This document shows positions 1 to 12,249 of a stretch of 64,000 nucleotides of DNA, one piece after another (positions within the stretch are counted from its first letter, which is position 1; every line of letters begins with the position of its first letter). The translations under genes and the position numbers were made by a program. The stretch comes from Mustelus asterias (lineage: Eukaryota), in the NCBI RefSeq assembly GCF_964213995.1, contig NC_135816.1:20522001-20586000 (forward strand). The letters run 5' to 3'. The notes under the pieces are model-generated. The model was given only the letters and a program-made list of their open reading frames with translations. It was not told the DNA's origin and did no database searches.

Positions 1-60
1 TTAGGTTTGCTCGTGACAAAACAGAGATGGCATTTCACACTCAGCCTTACGGTATGAGTA

Positions 61-773
61 CATAAAACATAGAACATAGAAAAGCTCCAGCACAAACAGG
101 CCCTTCGGCCCACAAGTTGCACCAAACAATTTCCTTACCTTCTTGGCTCATCTATAACCCTCTATCTTACTAACCTCCATGAACCTATCCAAAAGTCTCT
201 TAAAAGACTCAATCAAATCCACTTCCACCACCACTACCGGCAGCCGATTCCACGCACCCACCACCCACTGAGTGAAAAACTTACCCCTAACATCTCCTCT
301 ATACCTAAACCTGTGGCCTCTCGTGACATCCATTTCAGCCCTGGGTAAAAGCCTCTGAGAATCCACTCTATCAATACCTCTCAACATCTTATACATCTCT
401 ATCAGGTCACCTCTCATCCTTCGCCTCTCCAAGGAGAATAGACCTAGCTCTCTCAACCTTTGCTCATAAGGCATACCACTTAATCCCGGCAACATCCTTG
501 TAAATCCCCTCTGCACCCTTTCTATGGCTTCCACATCCTTTCTGTAATGAGGCGACCAGAACTGGGCACAGTACTCCAGGTGGGGTCTGACCAGGGTCCT
601 ATACAGCTGCAGCATTATCTCCCGATTTCTAAACTCAATTCCTCTATTGATGAAGGCCAGTATTCCATATGCCTTCTTAACCACAGCCTCAACCTGCGAC
701 ACTGCTTTGAGCGTCCTATGAACCCAGACCCCAAGATCCCTCTGTTCTTCCACACTGCCAAGCGTCTTACCCT
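61..773 (-). mobile_element. CR1/HER1-type LINE, 5'-truncated 3' fragment (RT C-terminus and tail)
   Basis: ORF 148..780(-) carries CR1 ORF2 motifs RDLGV, LYRTLVRPHLEYCAQFWSP, LERRRMRGDLIE and FFTQ.VVGAWN; (TCTATGT)n-type tail at 61-85. Confidence 0.95.
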
Positions 774-880
774 TTGTCAAAGCTTTGACAAAGAGTCATC
801 TGGACTCGAAACATCAGCTCTTTTCCCTCCTTCCAGATGCTGCCACACCTGCTGAGATTTTCCAGCATTTTCTCTTTTGG
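774..880 (+). mobile_element. Penelope-like terminal fragment with a decayed hammerhead motif
   Basis: agct-ttgacaa-a-gagtc-atctg-gactc-gaaa-catc-agct at 781-819, followed by cagatgctgcc..acctgctgagattttccagc, which is shared with 16725-16830 and 25250-25430. Confidence 0.7.
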
Positions 881-2544
881 CATTCTTTAATATGTTGTCT
901 CCAAGTGATGCTTACTGGTTGATTAGAGATTTTTGAATGCATAAGTCAGGGTGCATTTTACTAACCTGTATATAAATAACAGACTGGAGTCAGGGATAAA
1001 CAAGAATGGATGGGAAAGAATTTGGTGTTTGGGAGCTCTAAACAAGGAAGGTTAGTTAGGAGTTAATTGTTGTGCTGGAAATCTGTACAGAGAGGACAAA
1101 TGATGAACATGGAGTTGAATAGTGGAGCTCCATAGAATTACCAGCCATTTGGCTGAAATGCTGGCATGTCAGTATCCTCCCACTTCACTTTGTATAACTC
1201 TATCAGTTTATCATTCTCTGTCATTTGGTTATGTGGTTTTCCTCTTGAATGAACCTATGCTGTTCACTCCAATACTATTGGATATTCCACGTTCTTGCCA
1301 TCTGTGGGTCAGACATTTCTCCTAAATTCTCTATTGGACTTAATGATCTTGTTCGGTGAACACTTTTCCTTCGATCTGTATGGTTTTCTGCTTTTAAAAA
1401 TTCAGGAAGAGAAACGAACATCGTTCTGACTTCAGCTTCAAGCACCTCCATTCCAAAAGTCCGCCATACTCTCAACATTATTGGTCAGTTATCCTCCCTT
1501 TCCTGTATTTGCAAATTGATATTTTACCAGGGATGAAAACATGTATATGAAGCAGATCTGTGGGATTTATCTTTTAAACCCTTACTGCATTAACAGCTTA
1601 TGGCCATTTGGACCCGCATAGAAAACATTAAAAACTTCTCCATCTTAAGTGAGAGGGTGAAAATAGAAGAAAAGAAAGTGACATTACTAGCTCAGCCCTT
1701 TATTAAAGCCAGAACAGAAAATCTGCAGCACTGTGATTTCAATGAGAACTTGGTGAGGTTTAGAGTTGAACTCCCGCATGGTGGTGGGCTTGGAGGTGGT
1801 GTCCAAGGGAACAGTAAGGGAGGCTGCAGAGGGATGGCTCCCCAATATATTCCGGCCACCAGGGCGCTTTCCCAGTGGACTATCTGTAAGGTGCATTGGC
1901 TTCCCACCCCAAATCACCATAGTTCAAGCCCTAATTAGAGGTGACTTGTCATGGCACCAGTATTTTGTTAATCCAATGTAAGCCCATCTGATTTACTCAT
2001 TTAAATCTACCCCTCCGAGGATGCCTCCATGCTGACACATGCTGGGGTCACCCAACCTGATTCAGTTGCCTCTCGTTGTGAGGCTGTTGATGTTTTGTTT
2101 TGGGTTCGGGGTCCAGATGGGTTTCCTTATCCGAAGAATGCTACTGTTATTTATAGAAAATGTGCATCGTTATTTACAGATCTACATACATCTCAGTGCC
2201 GTAGGCGAGGTTGTATTTATACTTCTCTTGGTTATTTAATCCTGTGTCATTGCATCATAGTTGCATCAACAGTTACATCAGTATCAAGTGCTCCTGTTTA
2301 TAATCCTTTACTCTGTATCTCCTCCAACTCTTTATCCCAACTAAATACATACAACTACAGCACTGCCCAAAGACTCAGACTTCACAGGGTTAGGCTGCCT
2401 TGTGCTTTCACCAATTTCCCTAATGTGGCACTGATTTCATTTCAAGATTGAGGACAAACTACTTTCTCTCATCATCCAATCGGAGTGTCTTCCCTGAGGT
2501 GATTGTAGAGTTCCTTCTCATTTCTGGTTCCTTGTCTCAAGTTT

Positions 2545-2853
2545 TTGTTTTTATTCGTTCACGGGATGTGGGTGTCACTGGCTGGGCCAGCACTTATTAC
2601 CCTGTGGGCAGTTAAGAATCAATCACGTTGCTGTGGGTCTGGAGTCACACGTAGGCCAGACCAGGTAAGGATGGCGGATTTTATAACAACCGACAATGGT
2701 TTCATGATCAACATTAAACGTTTAATTCCAGATTTTTATTGAATTCAAATTTCACCATCTGCCGTTGTGGGATTTGAACCCGGGTCCCCAGAACATTATC
2801 CTGGGTCTCTGAATTACATGTACAGCGACAATACCACTATGCCACTGCCTACC
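2545..2853 (-). mobile_element. tRNA-derived SINE, family B (non-V-SINE), nested in the Gypsy element
   Basis: B-box-like GGGTTCAAATCCC on the minus strand near 2770-2783; core ggtctggagtcacac/tgtaggccagaccaggtaagga shared with copies at 21725, 30545 and 49083. Confidence 0.8.
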
Positions 2854-3054
2854 CTTAATCTGTCTATTATGTCCAATATTCCACTGGTTTCCTTCCCAAT
2901 GATATCATAACTCTTCAGTTCCTTCTGTTATTTTTCCCTGGTGTGTCTCAATTCGATAAGATCTCAATTGTGGAACTCTTTCTATTACCATGCTTTGTTT
3001 TGTTGACCTCATACCCACACTGTGCCCTCTGAGCTGTAGCACTTTCAAGTCTTG

Positions 3055-3400
3055 TGTTTTGTGCCTGAAATTGAAAAAAAATTCTAAGTGCCGAACAAGC
3101 GAGAAAACGGGAGAGTTTCAGACTTGTTTTTTGGGACTTGTGGTACTTAGTGAAAAGAAATTCCAGGATGTGATTCTCACCAGCAGGGGGCAGGTGGGGG
3201 GGAGTTGGAGCTTGAGCTAAGCATGTCCTTAATATTTAAATGAGCATAATGTTCTTTCCGGGCACAAAGATGATTTCACTGGCAAATCAGGGCTGTTATG
3301 ATCAGGGGAGGTGACAAAACCGCCTGACTTCACCTCCCGCCTGATCTCACCACCTCACCTCATCGCAAGTCGGGCAGGATGAGGCCATAAGGTCGCACCC
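3055..3400. mobile_element. Non-autonomous TIR (MITE-like) element inside the Gypsy element
   Basis: aattctaagtgccgaa motif also occurs inverted at ~47085-47100; GC-rich terminus; interrupts the Gypsy reading frames. Confidence 0.5.
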
Positions 3401-3683
3401 ATTCTTTATGCTCAGTAATGATACCTCCTGATTCTTTATCACACACACGGCTTCCACAGTTTATTTATCTTTAAATCTTAATCTTGCCAGGCATTGGCCT
3501 CTTACATCCAATTTCTCCTGGACCTTGTAACCAGCCCAGGAGACGACATAATATTTTAAGCTACTTTACTTCAGCTGATAATACTGAAATATCTACGCCT
3601 AGCTTTAATTTCAAGGGGGAACCATCAACATCTTATTTAACACGCCACTAGTTATTTTCAAACTCATGAAATTCTTCTGAGAA

Positions 3684-4003
3684 GGGGCAGCCCAGTCGTT
3701 AGCACTGCTGCCTCACAGCGCCAGGGACCCAGGTTCAATTCCGGCCTCGAGTCATTGTCTGTGTGGTGTTTGCACATTCTCCCCGTGTCTACATGGGTTT
3801 CCTCGAGGTGCTCTGGTTTCCTCCCACAGTCCAAAAATGTTCTGGTTAGGTTGATTGGCCATGCTAAATTGACCCTAGTGACGGGATTAGCAGGGTAAAT
3901 ATGTGGGGCTACGGGAATAGGGCCTGGGTGGGATAGTGGTCAGTGCAGACTTGATGGGCTGAATGGCCTCCTTCTGCACTGTAGGGATTCTATGATTCTA
4001 TGA
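3684..4003 (+). mobile_element. HE1-like V-SINE with CR1-type tail
   Basis: tRNA-like head, V-domain ctgtgtgg.gtttgcacattctccccgtgtct..tttcctcccacagtccaaa, tail ctgtagggattctatgattctatga. Confidence 0.9.
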
Positions 4004-4511
4004 TTTGGTTTTTCTGTGACTCCTCCACTTCTTGAGTTTGGCTCTGTTATTTACTCTTTCTTCCTATGAGCTACTTGTATTTTAGATTTGTTGGCATTTT
4101 TAAAATATCTTAATTTTCCACACTTATGGCACTCTGCATTCCTGCTTATTTTTCCCAAATTTGTGGGGTTTCTCCGCCACACGAGAGCATCTCAAGATGC
4201 TGGATGGTATGCTTTTCCCTGATTTTGTGGGTTTTTGCTTCACTGTGCTTTTTCTTTCTTGTCAGCCGTACTGAATGGCTTCACTCACTTTTTTCCCAAG
4301 GGACATCACTTTCCCATGAACAACCACTTTTGCTTCCGAAGCACAGTCTGCCGTGCTATTTGCACTGCCTTGTGAGAGTACATTCTTCCCTCATTTGCAA
4401 AAGATCTGATAGGATTTCATCTAAGACCCCATCTACTATACTCTGAGGATCCCGTGGTTGCAATTCTCCATGAGTCTGCACAGATCATTGGATTCATAGT
4501 TCATGGGTTCA

Positions 4512-4815
4512 GGTGGCACAGTGGCACAATGGTGAGCATTGCTGCCTCACAGCGCCAGGGACCTGGTTCAATTCCCGGCTTGGGTCACTGTCTGTGCAGA
4601 ATCTGTACGTTCTCCCCATGTCTGCATTGGTTTCCTCCGGGTGCTCCGATTTCCTCCCACAGTCCAAAAGACCTGCTGGTTAGGTGCATTTGCCTTGCTA
4701 GATTCTTCTTCAGTGTACCCGAACAGGCGCTGGAGTGTGGCAACTGGGAGTTTTTCACAGTAGCTTTATTTGTAAGCCTACTTGTGACACTAATAAATAA
4801 AATTTAATGAACTTT
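4512..4815 (+). mobile_element. V-SINE with alternative tail (tail 2)
   Basis: V-domain followed by cagtgtacccgaacagg..gtaagcctacttgtgacactaataaataa. Confidence 0.85.
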
Positions 4816-5526
4816 AAACTTGAATCCATCTCTTTTTATATTTCCACTTGTTCAACGATTGAAATTTTTTGTGAACAGTGAAGTACAAATATGACTTCTT
4901 CACATATGTTTGAAGGCTCATCATTGCCATCCAATAGCATTGTCTGCTATGGTCCCTACTGCATAGAGTGAAGTACTAATCTGACCTTTCTGGTCGTTCC
5001 TATGCAAACCTGAGATTGTTCCGTGTCTGTAGAATTACTTGCTCCAGTTGTCCCAGTGTTGACCTTGCTGCGAGCCTTCAGCACTTCAAAAGGTTCTGGA
5101 TGTTGACTCCATGCTTACACTAAGCTCTGAAACTGTTGTTGCATCAGTAGTTTGGCTGGACAGCTCTCTGGACATAATGTCTGTGTGTCTGCTTGCACCT
5201 GCAGCACTCAGGAGACTCTGTTCTCAGGTCAGTATTCAATATTTGTTCTTCTTGACCTTTTTTCCAAGTGTTTGTCGGTCTTCTGGCTGGAATCTTCTCA
5301 TGGTTTCTTTTTGGGTCATTACGCTGCCTGCTTCATCTGGAGTTCAGCATCTGGATTGGTTTATTTTAGGGTTTTCCTGTTACCCAAATAATGCTACTGT
5401 ACATTGTTATTCATAAAAAGCATTCTTGTTTATTTACAGATCTATGTGCATCACAGTATCCCCTACACAAGGTTGCATTTTGCTTCCTATGAGATCGCAG
5501 TTACTTAATCATGTGTCACAATGTGC

Positions 5527-5843
5527 TGGGGCAGAACAGTGGCACAGTGGTTAGCATTGCTACCTCATGAGCTCCAGGGATCCGGTTCAATTCCGGCCTT
5601 GGGTGACTTGACTGTGTGGAGTTTGCACATTCTCCCCGTGTCTGGGAGGGGCTCTGGTTTCCTCCCACAGTCCAAAGATGTGCAGGTATGGCCATCAACA
5701 TGCGTAGGTTAGGGGGAATTAGCGAGGCAAATATGTGGGGTTACGGGGATAGGGCCTGGATAAGATGCTCTTTCGGAGAGTCGGTACATACTCAATGGAC
5801 CAAATGGCCTCCTTCTAAACTGCAGGGATTCTATTCTACTCTA
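5527..5843 (+). mobile_element. HE1-like V-SINE inserted in the Gypsy 5' LTR
   Basis: Head, V-domain and CR1-type tail; LTR homology resumes on both sides. Confidence 0.85.
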
Positions 5844-6206
5844 TTCATAGTTACAGCCGTAGTTACATCAGCATCAGGTGCTCCTGATGTTAACCCTTTA
5901 CTCCGCAGTTGAGTCCACAGAGCTTCCAAACCCCTGATTGGTCTGGCAGTATCAAGCGCCTGCCCATAACGGCAAGTGCCCAGGCGGCTAATTAAGAGGT
6001 AGCCTTCTGAGGAAGACTGGATGCTGGATTTCTGCTGGTAACTGTAGCCTCAAAACCCCAATTTTATCCTGATGTCTGGGTCCAGAAACTAGTGGAAAAA
6101 TCCAGCCCTGACAATCATAGCAGAGAATAGCAACGGTGAAATCAGATGTAAAATATGGATCTGGGGAAAAAGAAGCTTGTCGGTTCACTTGAAGAACATT
6201 ATGAAA

Positions 6207-6487
6207 TCAGTTTTATTTATTAGTCACAAGTAAAGCTTACATTAACACTGCAATGAAGTCACTGTGAAATTCCCCTAGTCGCCACACTCCGGCGCCTGTT
6301 CGGGTCAATGCATCTAAACCAGCACGTCTTTCAGACTGTGGGAGGAAACCGGAGCACCCGGAGGAAACCCATGCAGACATAGGAAGAACATGCAAACTCC
6401 ACACAGACAGTGACCCAAGCCGGGAATCAAACCCGTCCCTGGCGCTGTGAGGCAGCAGTGCTAACCACTGAGCCACCATGCCGCCCC
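6207..6487 (-). mobile_element. V-SINE, tail 2
   Basis: Reverse complement of head, V-domain and tail 2. Confidence 0.9.
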
Positions 6488-7172
6488 ATGTTTTGTTTTG
6501 CACCCGATAAAAAGTAACAATTTGCTATCTGGCCTGTGCATAATATGTGACTCCAAAACAGGTGTGACAAACACTGGATAAGAAGCTTTATGGATGAAGT
6601 TTGTGTATCGCAAGCTTAGTTCCTATAGAATGGAAGTGCAATGAGGGAGCTGGTCAGATTTCATGACAATGGAACAAATTGATTGCAGTTTGTGAAGGAA
6701 ACGGTGTTGATGGACTCAGAAGTCTTTCTTTATTCCATTCTATTATCTTTTAATCTTCAATTTTGCTAAGAAAATGCATTTCTGATTTATTATTGATGCG
6801 CGTGAGATTGTCTTACAGGCACCAAGCTGACCAGTACAATGATAAATCTCTCAGCCCTCACTGTAATCAAAACTTGCTGGTGTGCAGCACAGCTGACAAA
6901 GGGGTTGCTGTGCACCCAGCCTCTGATTTTCGTGATGCCTGGTGCAATCAGGGAAATCTACGTACTTTAGCATCTGAAAAGACGATCAATCAGGGCAGTA
7001 TCTCAGAGAATTTTGGGCAGCACGGCAGCAACTTTGGGTCAGTGGTTCCCAAAACGCTTTGTGACTGTGGGTTTTCCTCACCTCATGTAGAAATCTTTCA
7101 CCAGCTAACTGATAGAGATGGATTGCCATCATTAACGAACAAGGCCATTATTGCAATATGTAACTACCAGGA

Positions 7173-7460
7173 TGTTAGCACTGCTGCCTCACAGTGCCAA
7201 GGACCCGGGTTCAATTCCAGCCTTGGGCGACTGTCTGTGCGGAGTTTGCACTTTCTACCCGTGTCTGCTTGGTTTTCTTCTGGTTGCTCCGGTTTCCTCC
7301 AACAGTCTGAAGATATGCAGATTAGGTTGATTGGCCATGCCCAAGTGACGCTTAGTGTCAGGAGGGCTAGCAGGATAAATATGTGGGGTAATGGGGATAG
7401 GGCCTGGGTGGGATCATTGTCTGTGCAGGCTCAATGGGCCAAATGGAGGGATTCTATGAA
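7173..7460 (+). mobile_element. HE1-like V-SINE
   Basis: Head fragment, V-domain, CR1-type tail. Confidence 0.85.
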
Positions 7461-7539
7461 TTCAGATTGGGAAAATAAGAATTGACCATAAAAATAGCAT
7501 GCAAAAGTTCTTATAGCACTGATGACTTTGTTTAGGTCT

Positions 7540-7858
7540 AGAATCACAGAATCATAGAATCCCTACAGTGCAGAAGGAGGCCATTCAGCCCATCGAGCCT
7601 GCACCAGATAACAATCTCACACAGGCTCTATCCCCGTAACTCCATGTAGTTAGCCTGCTAATCCCTCTAACACTAAGGGGCAACAATCTTAGCATGGCCT
7701 TTGGACTGTGGGAGGAAACTGGAGCACCCGAAGGAAACCCACAGAGACACGAGGAGAACGTACAGACTCCACACAGACAGCCACCCGAGGCTGGGATTGA
7801 ATCTGGGTCCCTGGCGCTGTGTGGCAGCAGTGCTAACCACTGTGCCACCATGCTGCCC
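7540..7858 (-). mobile_element. HE1-like V-SINE, tail-to-tail with the previous copy
   Basis: Reverse complement of a full element. Confidence 0.9.
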
Positions 7859-7974
7859 ATGAGTTATTCTCGTGGAGTTATTATTTGTACTTTTTAAATA
7901 TTTGTACTTTTTAATACAAATGAATAGCTAACTTTTTTTTTGTTTTAATGTTACGGGGCTGACATGTTACAGGA

Positions 7975-8200
7975 AGGTGGTGCTGTCGTTTAGATTACTG
8001 ACTTTCATCCCCAGTTCATGGGTTCAAATCCAGCACTGACAGATGGGATGAAAGCTTTGTTTTCCCTTTGGCTGACATAAGGATTCTAAATGACACGAGT
8101 GTGGACAGTCTCGACACAGTTCCCATTCACGTTGAGTCCATACGACATAATTATTTGTAATTTGACAGTGATGAGGGCTAAATTGGCTGCGTTACTTGGA
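7975..8200 (+). mobile_element. Old LF-SINE-like fragment
   Basis: B-box gggttcaaatccagc followed by aaatga..gtg.gg.cagtctc...cagttcc, resembling my recollection of the LF-SINE consensus; highly diverged. Confidence 0.4.
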
Positions 8201-8273
8201 AAGCATAAGGATGCTTGACTATGAATTGTCACAAAGGTACAATTGGGTGTGCTTTTTCAGAGTTCTGTGATAC

Positions 8274-9239
8274 ATTGCTGTTTGTCATTTTCATAAATGA
8301 CCTGGATGAGGAAGTGGAGGGATGGGTTGGTAAGTTTGCTGACGACACCAAGGTAGGTGGTGTTGTGGATAGTTTGGAGGGATGTCAGAAGTTGCAGCGA
8401 GACATAGATAGAATGCAAGACTGGGCGGAGAAGTGGCAGATGGACTTCAACCCGGATAAGTGTGTGGTGATCCATTTTGGCAGATCCAATGGGATGAAGC
8501 AGCAATATAATATGAAGGGTACCATTCTTAGCAGTGTAGAGGATCAGAAGGACCTTGGGGTCCGGGTCCATAGGACTCTTAAATCGGCCTCGCAGGTGGA
8601 GGATGCGGTCAAGAAGGCGTACGGCGTACTGGCCTTCATTAATCGAGGGATTGAGTTTAGGAGTCGGGAGATAATGCTGCAGCTTTATAGGACCCTGGTT
8701 AGACCCCACTTGGAGTACTGCGCGCAGTTCTGGTCACCTCATTACAGGAAAGATGTTGAAGCCATTGAAAGGGTGCAGAGGAGATTTACAAGGATGTTGC
8801 CTGGATTGGGGGGCATGCCTTATGAGGATAGGTTGAGGGAGCTTGGTCTCTTCTCCCTGGAGAGACGAAGGATGAGAGGTGACCTGATAGAGGTTTACAA
8901 GATGTTGAGAGGTCTGGATAGGGTAGACTCTCAGAGGCTATTTCCAAGGGCTGAAATGGTTGCTACGAGAGGACACAGGTTTAAGGTGCTGGGGGGTAGG
9001 TACAGAGGAGATGTCAGGGGTAAGTTTTTCACTCAGAGGGTGGTGGGTGAGTGGAATCGGCTGACGTCGGTGGTGGTGGAGGCATACTCGTTGGGGTCTT
9101 TTAAGAGACTTCTGGATGAGTACATGGGATTTAATGGGATTGAGGGCTATAGATAGGCCTAGAGGTGGGGATGTGATCGGCGCAACCTGTGGGCCGAAGG
9201 GCCTGTTTGTGCTGTGGCTTTCTATGTTCTATGTTCTAT
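8274..9239 (+). mobile_element. CR1/HER1-type LINE 3' fragment with an uninterrupted RT frame
   Basis: ORF 8215..9156 contains LLFVIFINDL, KFADDTK (catalytic motif), KWQMDFNPDKC and PHLEYC; tail ttctatgttctatgttcta. Confidence 0.97.
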
Positions 9240-9324
9240 ACATCTGGGACAGTATTAAAGAATACTAAAAAAAAGTACTGTTCCATCCATCCCATGCTGC
9301 AATCTGACTGAGATGTGAGGAAAA

Positions 9325-9860
9325 AAAGGAAGACTTGCATTTATATAGTGCTTTTTGCAACCACTGGAGGTCTCAATCACTTTACCAATGAAATACTTTT
9401 TGAGTATAGTTACTGTTAGAACAAAGTAAAGGCAGTGGCCAGCGGGAACTTCCAGTCCTGACGAAATCAGTGGTGTCGCTCACCAGCTGGGCTGCCAGGA
9501 AACACACTGTGGGTGAATTTCTTCGGCAAGCCTGAAAGATCTCATTGGCAGGAAAGGCTGGAAAATGCCAGCCGAGGGGTGGCACTTAGCAAACTCCCAC
9601 TAAACAGAAATTTGATAATGACCAGATAATCGGTTCTTTCTTTGTGAGGTTGACTGAGGGATATATAGTGGCCAGTGCACTGGGGAGAACACACCTGACC
9701 CTCTTTAAGATCGTGCCCAGTGTCTTTTACATCTACCTGAGCAAGCAGCTGCGGTCTCAGTTTAATGTCTCATCTGAAAGACAGACAGCACCTCCCACAA
9801 TGCAGCATTCTCTCAGTCCTACACTGCAGTGTCACCTTTTCTTGATTACAAGCCCTGGAG
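9325..9860 (-). mobile_element. DeuSINE-like element (AmnSINE1/SacSINE1-type central domain) with an internal insertion
   Basis: ggtctcagtttaatgtctcatctgaaagac..cacctcc..aatgcagcattctctcagt resembles the reverse complement of the Deu domain; tail cttgcatttatatagtgc. Confidence 0.7.
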
Positions 9861-10212
9861 TAGGAGTTGGATTAGCCTCGGTAAATGTGGGGTTGTGGGG
9901 ATAAGGCGGAAAGGGGTGGGTGGTTGTGGACCGAGGTGAAATGTTCTTTCAGAGAGTCGGTGCAGACTCGATGGGCTGAATGCCCTCTTCCTGAACTGTA
10001 GGGATTCTAAGGAACCTGGAACCTTGTGACTCAGAGGCGGAAGTGCTGCCGACAGAGCTTGACTGACATGTGCAGGGTTGGTACGGACGTTAAAATGGAG
10101 CTCAATTTCTTGGAACAGCACAAAGTTCAGCAGAGTTATATTTACAAAAACTTGGGGCTGAGCTGTACAGGACGGCAAGTTGCAATAACACACTGCAGGC
10201 AGCCTTAATGAA

Positions 10213-10543
10213 GTGAGCGTGGGTCTTCTAACCCTCGGTGGAAGACTTTGGGTGGATGGAGGGGTGGTGGGCTTGCCACCCCTCGTTCAGGCTTGCCAAA
10301 GGAAATCACCCACAGTGTGTTTCCTGGCAACCCAGCTGGTGAGCAACACCAATGATTTCGGCAGGACTGGAAAATCCCGCTGGCGGCTAATGATAAGCCA
10401 CCTCTACCACCGGAAAACTCATTGTGGGGGACCCTGGAAAATCCCAGCCTTCGTGTTTTACGTGTCCCCCTCACTTGCTGAAAGCACCCAATGGGCAGGG
10501 TGGGGGGAGCGAGTGGCTGGAGGGGGCTGTAAAATCCAGCCCC
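10213..10543. mobile_element. MITE-like element
   Basis: Ends in aaaatccagccc, the terminal motif shared by many short GC-rich elements in this window. Confidence 0.5.
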
Positions 10544-10593
10544 TGGAACAAATGTTTCAATTTAGCAGCAGAGGAATGTTAGAAAGAGCTATA

Positions 10594-11538
10594 TAGAAAC
10601 ATAGAAACTAGAAGCAGGAGGAGGCCATTTGGCCCTTCAAGCTTGCTCTGCCATTCATTTTGATCATGGCTGATAATCAAATTCAATATCCTGATCCCCT
10701 TTTCCCCCCATATCCCTTGATCTCTTTAGCCCCAAGAGCTAGATCTAATTTCTTCTTGAAATCAGACAAGGTTTTGGCCTCAACTGCATTCTGTGATAGT
10801 GAATTCCACACATTCACCACCCTCTGGGTGAAGACATTTCTACTCACCTCAGTTCTAAAAGGTTTATCCCTTATCCTCAAACTATGACCCCTAGTTCTGG
10901 ACTCCCCCACAATTGGGAACATTCTTTCTGAATCTACCCTGTCTAACCCAGTTAGAATTTTATAAGTTTCTATGAGATCCCCTCTCACTCTTCTAAACTC
11001 CAGTGAATATAATCCTAACCGACTTAGTCTCTTCTCATATGACAGACCTGCCATCCCAGAAATCAGCCTGGTAAACCTTTGCTATACTCCCTCAATAGCT
11101 GTACTTCCTCAGATAAGGACATCAAAACTGCACACAATACTCCAGATGTGGCCTCACCAACGCCCTATACAATGGCAGCAAAACATCCCTATCCCTCTAC
11201 TCAAAACCTCTCGCTATGAAGGCCAACATACTATTTGCCTTCTTTACTGCCTGCTCCACCTACGCACATACTTTCAGCGACTGATGCATGAGGACAGCAA
11301 GGTCTATCTGAATTTACACCCATTCAAGTAACAATCTGTCTTCCTATTATTGCTACCAAAGTGGATAACCTCACATTTATCTACATTATACTGCCATGCA
11401 TATGCCCAAACACTCAACCTGTCCAAATCATACTGAAGCATTTCTGCATCCTCCTCACAACTCACCCTCCCACCCAAGTTTGTATCATCTGCAAATTTGA
11501 AGTTAATTTACTCAGTTCCCTCTTCCAAATCATTAATA
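10594..11538 (-). mobile_element. CR1 LINE 3' fragment (second subfamily)
   Basis: ORF 10683..11054(-) LGLYSLEFRRVRGDLIETYKIL..FTQRVVNVWNSL; tail atagaaacatagaaac. Confidence 0.95.
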
Positions 11539-11844
11539 TTTAAAATTATGAAGTATGTATTGATATACAAAACATTTAATCAGAATGTTGAGTGCTGGAT
11601 GGCACTGACTTGAGAATGTAGTGTGTTCATCAAGGTAGTGGATGTATCATTTTATAGTCTTTGATGACAGGTTATACAATAGCAGTAAACAAATGGTAGC
11701 TAAATGTATCACCATAATGCTAAAGATCAGATAACTGGGAAATTAAACATTAAAAATCTCCTAAACGTCTTACAAACATAAAAAATCAGGACACTGGTTG
11801 GTACGGCATCAATTCCTGTGTGACTCCATGTACTTCTGAATACA

Positions 11845-12185
11845 TGGTGGCACGGTGGCACAGTGGTTAGCACTGCTCCCTCACAGCGCCAGGGACCTGG
11901 GTTCGATTCCTGGCTTGGGTCACTATCTGTGTGGAGTCTGCACATTCCCAGGTCTCTACGTGGGTTTCCTCCGGGTGCTCCAGTTTCCTCCCATAGTTCG
12001 AAAGACGTCCTGGTTAGGTGAATGGCAATGCTAAATTCTCCCTCAGTGTACCCAAACAGGTACACTGAACAGGTACACTAAACAGGTACAGTGTGGCGAC
12101 TGGCGGATTTTCACAGTAACTTCATTGCAGTGTTAATGTAAGCCAACTTGTGATACTAATAAATAAACTTTGAAATAAATAAACA
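11845..12185 (+). mobile_element. V-SINE, tail 2, with an internal 13-bp triplication
   Basis: V-domain; aacaggtacact x3 at ~12055-12090. Confidence 0.9.
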
Positions 12186-12249
12186 TATGCCCACAGCAGA
12201 ACATTTCCCATATTTTATCATTAAATAAGAAATCTCACTTCTGATACTG

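Larger units (their letters stand above)
2091..5907 (-). mobile_element. Degraded Gypsy LTR retrotransposon (gag-protease present, RT/RNaseH/integrase core missing) with nested insertions
   Basis: TG..CA ends with 5-bp TSD GTTGA (2086-2090, 5908-5912); diverged LTRs 2091-2317 and 5329-5907; PBS-like GGCAGCG at 5322-5328(-); PPT at 2318-2333(-); gag IVDGVLDEILSDLLQ and zinc knuckle NAECHKCGKL at ~4100-4450; protease-like LKLGVDISVLS..LDVRGQ..VIKNQEVSLLS at ~3410-3660; pol end LRSYRIETHQG and TLGKLVKAQGSLTL*. Confidence 0.85.

Noticed and set aside
6763-7485. 240-aa ORF with a possible splice acceptor (ttgtcttacag) near 6818
   Set aside because: The last ~100 codons are a V-SINE; the remainder matches no protein I recognise and starts at a non-ATG codon, so it is not called as CDS
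8215-9156. 313-aa open RT frame as a domesticated gene
   Set aside because: Ordinary 5'-truncated young CR1 copy with an intact tail; the N-terminal ~20 codons come from flanking DNA
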